NCBI GenBank assembly: GCA_043827405.1
Contig: JBDRPD010000033.1
Coordinates: 1 to 50,912 of the forward strand
Reading direction: 5' to 3'
Source of the DNA: Elusimicrobiota bacterium
GTDB lineage: Bacteria > Elusimicrobiota > Elusimicrobia > UBA1565
Length of the DNA: 50,912 bases
In this document: positions 45,111-50,912 of the stretch, in pieces
Position numbering within the stretch: position 1 is the stretch's first letter
Layout: every line of letters begins with the position of its first letter
The notes under the pieces: model-generated
Databases searched by the model: none
What the model saw: only the letters and a program-made list of their open reading frames with translations
What the model was told of the DNA's origin: nothing
Made by a program: the position numbers and the translations under genes

Positions 45111-46160
45111 TTAATGCTTCTTCTCGATAACGTGGCGGTCCCGGACGCGCCCGTGCCGGTCGATCATCTCCAGCGTCAGTTGGTCGCGGGTGAGCGTTAT
45201 TCCGACAAAGCCGAAATCTTTTAGGAACTTCACCGACTGCGGGCCCTGCTCGGCGACTTCATAGAGCCCCGCCCCGCCCATGCCGGCGGTGATATGCGTT
45301 ATCTCCTTGATCGGCTGGTGGCGCTCGTAATGATGGTTGTGCCCGGAGAAGACCACGTCGACGCCGTGCTGGACAAGGAGGGGTTCCAGTTCGTCGCGCA
45401 GCCGGCCATGGTTGCCGTGCGGGCGGGAAGTGTAGAGCGGGACGTGGAGAAATACGATCTTCCAGCGCGCCTGCGCGGCCGCCAGGTCCCGCTCCAGCCA
45501 CTGCCGCTGTTCGCTGCCGGGGGCCAGGGACGCCGCCGCCTTGACCCCGTAGCCCTCGCGGTTGTCGTCCAGCGAGATGAAATGCGCCCCGCCGGCGTCA
45601 AAGGAGTAGTAGCGCGGCCGGTGATGGATCGGACGGTAGTGCTTGCGAAAGCGCTTTTCGCCCTTTTCGCGCTCGCTTGTATTGCCGTAGTCGTGGTTGC
45701 CGAGCGCGGGAAAGAACGGCGTCCGCGTCAGCAGCCCGCCGTAGGGCAGAAAGTACTTGGCGTCGTAGCTTTGGTCCTTGCCTTTGGGATAGACGACGTC
45801 GCCGGTGATCAGCACCAGCTCGGGCTCCCAGCGTTCGAGCACGGCGGCGACGCTGTGCTGCGCGGGATCGCCCGAGCCGATATCGCCGAATACGGCGAAG
45901 CGCAGGTCGGCGCCGTCCGCGGGCAGGGCCTTCGCGGTCCAGGCCGCGGTGGAGTCGTCGATGGTATAGGAAAAGGTCGCGCCCGGCGCGAGCCCTTCGA
46001 TCCGGCGGCAGGCATCGCCCTCCCGCGCGGGGCCGGAGCGCCAGCATACGCGGGCGGCGGTCGAGGAGGCGGCGACGAAGTACGGCCCGCGGCTCGGCGG
46101 CCGCGCTTCCCCGTGAGCGGCTCCTGCGAGCAGCAGCGGGAGAAGAGCGGCGGCGATCAC
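45111..46160 (-). CDS. Secreted metallophosphoesterase (purple acid phosphatase-like)
   Basis: FGDIG, TGDVVY, LGNHD, FLHVP, SGHNHHYER; signal peptide; GTG overlaps the FKBP stop. Confidence 0.88.
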   Translation of the reverse strand: MIAAALLPLLLAGAAHGEARPPSRGPYFVAASSTAARVCWRSGPAREGDACRRIEGLAPGATFSYTIDDSTAAWTAKALPADGADLRFAVFGDIGSGDPAQHSVAAVLERWEPELVLITGDVVYPKGKDQSYDAKYFLPYGGLLTRTPFFPALGNHDYGNTSEREKGEKRFRKHYRPIHHRPRYYSFDAGGAHFISLDDNREGYGVKAAASLAPGSEQRQWLERDLAAAQARWKIVFLHVPLYTSRPHGNHGRLRDELEPLLVQHGVDVVFSGHNHHYERHQPIKEITHITAGMGGAGLYEVAEQGPQSVKFLKDFGFVGITLTRDQLTLEMIDRHGRVRDRHVIEKKH

Positions 46161-46780
46161 GGATTGACGGCCAGCAGCTCTACGTCGAAGATTAAAGTCG
46201 CGCCGCCCGGGATGCCGCCGCGCCCCTGCGCGCCATAGGCGATCTCCGCCGGGCAGGTCAGGCGCGCCTTGCCGCCCGCGTGCATCAGCTGGATTCCTTC
46301 GGTCCAGCATTTGATGACCCGGTTGAGGGGTGCGACGAAGGGCTCGCCGCGCGTGACTGAGCTGTCAAATACCTTGCCGTCGGTGAAGGTCCCGTGATAA
46401 TGCGCCCGGACCCGGTCGGCGGATGAGCTCGGGCTTGGTCTGGAGCCTTTGCGGATTTCCTGGTATATCAGGCCGGAGGGCTTCTTTACGCCTTGGACCT
46501 TAGCGGCGTCAAGGAAGGGGTGATGCCAGCGCTCCTGCTTCAGGAGGGCCAGCTTGGGGCGCATGGCGGAGAGCTCCATCTGCGCTTTTCCCTTGAGCGC
46601 GTCCTCGAGTCCCATGGTGACGTAAACGCGCTCTTCGGGCTTGAGCTCATAGCCGCGCGCCTCTTCGCCGAGGCTCAGGCCGATGGCATAAAGCGTTTTT
46701 TGGTGCAGGGTCTTAAGCTCTTCGGCCTGCAGGGCCGGAGCCAGGAACAGGAGCAGACAGGCGGCGGAAATTCTTTTCAT
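46157..46780 (-). CDS. FKBP-type peptidyl-prolyl isomerase (FkpA/Mip-like)
   Basis: Signal peptide; YAIG, SGLIY, HYHGTFTDGKVFDSS, VIKCWTEG, IAYG, TLIFDVEL; SD GGAGG. Confidence 0.93.
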   Translation of the reverse strand: MKRISAACLLLFLAPALQAEELKTLHQKTLYAIGLSLGEEARGYELKPEERVYVTMGLEDALKGKAQMELSAMRPKLALLKQERWHHPFLDAAKVQGVKKPSGLIYQEIRKGSRPSPSSSADRVRAHYHGTFTDGKVFDSSVTRGEPFVAPLNRVIKCWTEGIQLMHAGGKARLTCPAEIAYGAQGRGGIPGGATLIFDVELLAVNP

Positions 46781-46859
46781 AGCTTTGACCTCCAAGGTGC
46801 CCAAGTTTAGCAGATTCCCCGTAGCGGCGGGACCGGCAAAATGCGAAAATGACCGTCCT

Positions 46860-48827
46860 ATGGGACAACAGAATACCTGCCGGGGCGTGCTGCAGCATCG
46901 GGGAAACTTCGCCTTCCTGCTCGTCGATGAGCCGGGGGAGCGCGACATCTTCGTGCGCGGGCCCAGCCTGCGTTTGGCGATGGACGGCGACACCGTCGAG
47001 GTGCGCCGGCGCGGCGGCGGCGGGCGCCCGGAGGGGGAGATCGTCCGCGTTCTCCACCGCTCCCGCAGCACCGTCGTCGGCGTGCTGCGTACGCTGAGCG
47101 GCAAATGGTGGCTCGAATCCACCGACCAGGAGGACGCCCCCTGGATCGAGGTGGCGGGTTTTGATGCCGTACATCCGCAGGCGGGTATGCTCGCCGCCGC
47201 GCGCATTACCCGCTGGCCGACGCCGTCGGTGGGCGCCGCCGGCCAGGTGACCGAACTGCTGGGCCGTCCGGGCGAGCCGGGGGCGCGGACGCGGGCGATC
47301 GTGCGCGCGCTGGAGATTCCCGAAAGATTTCCGGAGGCGGTCCTGCGCGAGGCGCGGACCTTCCCCGGCAGCGTAACGGCCGCCATGAGCCGCGGGCGGC
47401 TGGACCTGCGGGCGACGCCGCTGTTTACCATCGACGGCGCGGATGCCAAGGATTTCGACGACGCGGTGTCTTTGCAGCGGCTGGACCGGGGCGTCGTCCG
47501 TCTCGGCGTGCATATCGCGGACGTCAGCAGCTACGTGCTGCCGGGCTCCGAGATCGACCGCGAGGCGGCGCGGCGCGGCACCAGCGTGTACCTGCCGGGC
47601 CGCGTGATACCGATGCTGCCGCCCAATCTCTCGGACAACCTATGCAGCTTGATGCCCGAGGTCGACCGCCTGGCTTTCAGCTGCTTTATGGACATCGATG
47701 ACGCGGGCCGGGTCGTGGACCGCAAGTTCGTCCAGAGCGTTATCCGCAGCTGGCGACGGTTCACTTATGAGGAAGTCGAAACATTGCTGCAGGGCGCAAC
47801 GGTACGCGGCGTGCGCGGTCCGGTGAAGGACGCGGTGCTGGCCATGGGCCGTTTGGCGAAGCGGCTGACGCAATCGCGGCTGCAGCGCGGCGCGCTCGAT
47901 ATCGATCTGCCGGAATACGCGGTCGAGGTGTCGTCCTCCGGCGCGCCGACGGCGATCATTCGGCGCGAGCGTCTGGACAGCCATCGCCTCATCGAAGAGT
48001 TTATGATTCTGGCCAATGAGGCGGTCGCGGTTCACCTGCGCGGTCTCGGCCGGGTCTTTCCCAATCGCATCCATGAGGACCCCGACCCGGAGAAGCTGGC
48101 GGCGCTGCGTGAGGAGCTGCAGACGCTCGGGGTCAACGTCGCGGGCGGTTTGGCGACCGCCGGCAGCCGCGGCCTGCAGAACGTCCTCAAGACCATCCGC
48201 AACCACCCGCTGCGCGACATCCTCGGCGTCATGGTCATGCGCAGCCTCAAGCAGGCGGTGTATTCCGTGCGCAATTTGGGCCACTTCGGCCTGGCGTCGA
48301 AGGCCTACTGCCATTTTACTTCCCCGATCCGGCGCTATCCCGATCTGCTCACGCACCGGGAGCTGCAGGCGAGCCTTAAGCCGGACGCCGCGAACAGGAG
48401 GGGCAAGAGCCGCGGCCGCGGCCGCAAGGGCCGCGCGCGCGGTCAGACGCATGAGTACGAACAGCTCTGCGTGCACGCCTCGCAGCGGGAGCGCAACGCC
48501 GCCGAGGCCGAGCGCCAGGTTACCAAGGTGCTGCGGGGCGAGTTTATGGGGCGGCAGGTCGGTCAGGAATTCGACGGGGTGGTGATGCGGGCGGCGCCTT
48601 ACGGCGTTTTCGTGGAACTCGTCGGGACCGGCGTCTCGGGGCTCGCGCGCAGCGCCAAGACGCGCATCGGCACGCCCGTTCGGGTACGCATTCAAGGAGT
48701 GCTGGAGGCCAAGGGCGAGATCTCTTTGGAAATCCTCCGCTCCGGCCTCAAGAAGGCCGCGCCCCGGCCGGCCGGGAAGAAGGCCGGGAAGAACACCAGG
48801 AATAAATGGAAGCGCGGCAAGAAATGA
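46860..48827 (+). CDS. rnr: Ribonuclease R (VacB/RNase II family)
   Basis: FTIDGADAKDFDDA, VHIADVS, RGTSVY, LIEEFMILAN, HFTSPIRRYPDL; basic tail. Confidence 0.92.
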   Translation: MGQQNTCRGVLQHRGNFAFLLVDEPGERDIFVRGPSLRLAMDGDTVEVRRRGGGGRPEGEIVRVLHRSRSTVVGVLRTLSGKWWLESTDQEDAPWIEVAGFDAVHPQAGMLAAARITRWPTPSVGAAGQVTELLGRPGEPGARTRAIVRALEIPERFPEAVLREARTFPGSVTAAMSRGRLDLRATPLFTIDGADAKDFDDAVSLQRLDRGVVRLGVHIADVSSYVLPGSEIDREAARRGTSVYLPGRVIPMLPPNLSDNLCSLMPEVDRLAFSCFMDIDDAGRVVDRKFVQSVIRSWRRFTYEEVETLLQGATVRGVRGPVKDAVLAMGRLAKRLTQSRLQRGALDIDLPEYAVEVSSSGAPTAIIRRERLDSHRLIEEFMILANEAVAVHLRGLGRVFPNRIHEDPDPEKLAALREELQTLGVNVAGGLATAGSRGLQNVLKTIRNHPLRDILGVMVMRSLKQAVYSVRNLGHFGLASKAYCHFTSPIRRYPDLLTHRELQASLKPDAANRRGKSRGRGRKGRARGQTHEYEQLCVHASQRERNAAEAERQVTKVLRGEFMGRQVGQEFDGVVMRAAPYGVFVELVGTGVSGLARSAKTRIGTPVRVRIQGVLEAKGEISLEILRSGLKKAAPRPAGKKAGKNTRNKWKRGKK

Positions 48828-49216
48828 GAAGGGCAAGCATGCGCGATCTCGTGCGGACCATGCATACGCTGCGGGCGCCGGGGGGCTGCCCCTGGGACCG
48901 CGAGCAGACCCATGCCTCTCTCCTCAAATACCTGCGGGAAGAGACGCGTGAAGTGTCCCGCGCCGTGAAGAATGAAGATTGGGACAATCTGCGGGAAGAG
49001 CTGGGCGACGTGCTGCTGCAGGTCCTTTTTCATGCGGAGATCGCCCGCGAGGCCGGGCGCTTCGATATTTATGACGTTCTCACCACGCTCAAGTCCAAGC
49101 TCATCCGGCGGCATCCCCACGTTTTCGGCAAAACACGCGGGAAAAAAATGACGCCGCTAGAAGTCGTGCGGCGCTGGAATATCCTCAAGGCCAAGGAAAA
49201 ACGGCGTAGGAAATAG
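48824..49216 (+). CDS. mazG: Single-domain MazG nucleotide pyrophosphohydrolase
   Basis: LRAPGGCPWDREQT, EELGDVLLQVLFH, KLIRRHPHVF. Confidence 0.88.
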   Translation: MRRASMRDLVRTMHTLRAPGGCPWDREQTHASLLKYLREETREVSRAVKNEDWDNLREELGDVLLQVLFHAEIAREAGRFDIYDVLTTLKSKLIRRHPHVFGKTRGKKMTPLEVVRRWNILKAKEKRRRK

Positions 49217-49346
49217 CATTTCTCCCGGGGGGCCTTTTTGGTAATTTTTCCCTTAGGCCCATTGCCTTTCTGAACCTCCCTCTCCGGCCCATGCCGAGTT
49301 TTGCCGCTGCGGCTATCCTTTATGCAGAGCCGTACCGGAGGGACTT

Positions 49347-50912
49347 ATGAAGAAGATTTTAAGCCTCATCACCGCCCTGCTCCTGGCGCCCGGAATCAGC
49401 GCCGCGGAATTGCTCATTCCCTCGTATAACGGCATGCGTTCGATCACGCCCGCGGGCGGCGTCAAGCCGGCGGCCGTCATGCCGGTCAAGTACCGGACGG
49501 AGCAGAATCCCGGCTATGTGGACCCCGACAGCGCGGCGCCGCCCAACCTGCGGCAGCTGCAGGTCGTGGGCCTGATGGAGCGGATGGTGCAGCTCGAGGA
49601 AAAGAAGCGCGGCATCACGGACGGCGAGGTCGCCCGGGGCGGAATAGGGGGCATGCTGGACCTGCGCGCCCCGAATAAGCGGCTGAAGCTTTCGGAGTCG
49701 CATCTCAACCGCCTGATCAACCGGCTGGCCCAAGTCGACCGCAACTTCGTCGATCCGATATCGACCCGGCGCTGGACCGAGATCGTCGGCGAGCTCGACA
49801 AGATCGCCGAGACCGAGCTCGACGCTTCGGCCGCCAACTGGGACGAAGTGGTCGATAAGATGCTCAAAAAGGCGGTGCGCGAGCAGAAGGACATTCACTC
49901 TTCCTACATGAATCCGGCGGAGGTTAAAGAGTTCATGGAGATGATGCAGGGCTCCTTCTCCGGTATCGGCGCCTCGATGAAGCTCGAGGAGGGCAAGGGC
50001 GCCAAGGTCGAAATCGTTTTCCCCGATTCGCCCGCCGAGAAGGCCGGGGTGAAGAACGGCGACATCGTTACCGCGGTCGACGGCGTACCGGCCGGCGATA
50101 AGGACCTGGGCGAGATTATTAAACGCATCAAGGGCGTCGAGGGAACCGCCGTCAAGCTGTCCATCGAGCGCGGCGGCGTGCAGATCAGGCCGATTACCGT
50201 TACCCGCGGCCAGGTCCAGATGGCCAATGTCTACTCGAAGATGCTGACTCCCAGCATCGGCTATGTTTACTTCTCGGAGTTCCGCGGCGATACCGACCAG
50301 GAGGTGTTTAAGCACGTCAAGCAGCTCAAGCAGGCCGGGATGAAGTCGCTCGTTATCGATGTCCGGGGCAACCCCGGCGGCCGCGTTACGGCGGTGGCGT
50401 CGATCGCTTCCGAGTTTCTGCGCGACGGCGACCCGATCGTCACCTTCAAGAAGCAGGGCGTCTGGCAGTCGCGCGAGGTCACCGACGGCGACGGCATGTT
50501 CGTCGATATCCCGGTCGCGGTTCTCATCAACGGCGGCTCGGCCTCGGCCAGCGAAATCCTCGCCGGCGCCATGCAGGACCATGTGGATGCCCCCATTATT
50601 ATCGGCACCCGCAGCTACGGCAAGGGCACGGCCCAGTCGATCACTCCCGGCCCCAGCGGCCGGGCCCTGAAGCTGACGGGCTCGCGCTGGCATACGCCGC
50701 ATGACCGCACTATCGACGCCGATAAGGATCCGGCGACCGGCGCCAAGATCGAGGGGACCGGCGGCGTCGTGCCGGATATCGACGTCGAGGTCACCCCGGA
50801 GCAGGCGGGCAGGATCATGCAGGACATCTACCGTGAGCTCAACGGCGGAGATGTCGCCGAGCCCGCGCCGGACCCGCAGCTCAAGAAGGCGATCGAAGTT
50901 CTCGGCGGCGGG
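49347..50912 (+). CDS. S41 family C-terminal processing peptidase with PDZ domain, 3' partial
   Basis: Absent from the ORF track because there is no stop. SD GGAGG; MKKILSLITALLLAPGISAA signal; FSGIGA, SPAEKAG, DVRGNPGG, SASASEILAGAMQD, SYGKGT. Confidence 0.9.
   Translation, partial: MKKILSLITALLLAPGISAAELLIPSYNGMRSITPAGGVKPAAVMPVKYRTEQNPGYVDPDSAAPPNLRQLQVVGLMERMVQLEEKKRGITDGEVARGGIGGMLDLRAPNKRLKLSESHLNRLINRLAQVDRNFVDPISTRRWTEIVGELDKIAETELDASAANWDEVVDKMLKKAVREQKDIHSSYMNPAEVKEFMEMMQGSFSGIGASMKLEEGKGAKVEIVFPDSPAEKAGVKNGDIVTAVDGVPAGDKDLGEIIKRIKGVEGTAVKLSIERGGVQIRPITVTRGQVQMANVYSKMLTPSIGYVYFSEFRGDTDQEVFKHVKQLKQAGMKSLVIDVRGNPGGRVTAVASIASEFLRDGDPIVTFKKQGVWQSREVTDGDGMFVDIPVAVLINGGSASASEILAGAMQDHVDAPIIIGTRSYGKGTAQSITPGPSGRALKLTGSRWHTPHDRTIDADKDPATGAKIEGTGGVVPDIDVEVTPEQAGRIMQDIYRELNGGDVAEPAPDPQLKKAIEVLGGG

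Noticed and set aside
43574..49216. Macrodomain, metallophosphoesterase and MazG as an anti-phage defence island
   Set aside because: All look like housekeeping versions, lie on mixed strands among FKBP, rnr and a K+ channel, and no defence hallmark or mobility gene is present.
49359..50702. 447-aa minus-strand ORF
   Set aside because: It is the antisense shadow of the plus-strand S41 peptidase that runs off the window end.

Overview
High-GC, gene-dense bacterial chromosomal window with about 50 CDSs. I found no rRNA, tRNA, CRISPR array or mobile element. Gene content resembles Elusimicrobia-like or other poorly cultured diderm bacteria, which is an inference only. From left to right: a partial M23 peptidase and a FecR-domain protein; a long minus-strand run (pduS-like, pduT-like BMC shell, nadD-yqeK fusion, LytR_C protein, pilT, cNMP-binding protein, rsfS, second pilT, argS); DUF1015, a GT2 and a receiver protein; two enoyl-CoA hydratases; elbB with CheC/CheY/CheC; a roughly 2000-aa alpha-2-macroglobulin; a lipid-enzyme run (sphingomyelinase-like EEP, cyclase-like membrane protein, GMC oxidoreductase, sphingomyelin-synthase-like PAP2, SDR) followed by murC-like, ROK and sugar-kinase genes; a convergent GDPD-glpD-alkyl-DHAP-synthase-like operon; thioredoxin-TPR lipoprotein, Nudix, OPT transporter, receiver and Cys-rich PAS-like protein; a stand-alone 106-aa gene with four PCV(W/Y)PNPC cores; a MerR/HspR regulator and macrodomain around an AT-rich spacer; K+ channel, metallophosphoesterase, FKBP, RNase R, MazG and a partial S41 protease. 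The most striking candidates are the multi-core Cys/Trp repeat peptide (RiPP- or metal-peptide-like), the eukaryote-like sphingolipid/ether-lipid enzyme cluster, the orphan PduS/PduT pair, the double pilT with a cNMP protein, and a recurring leaderless-promoter architecture. All calls come from motif recognition without database searches.
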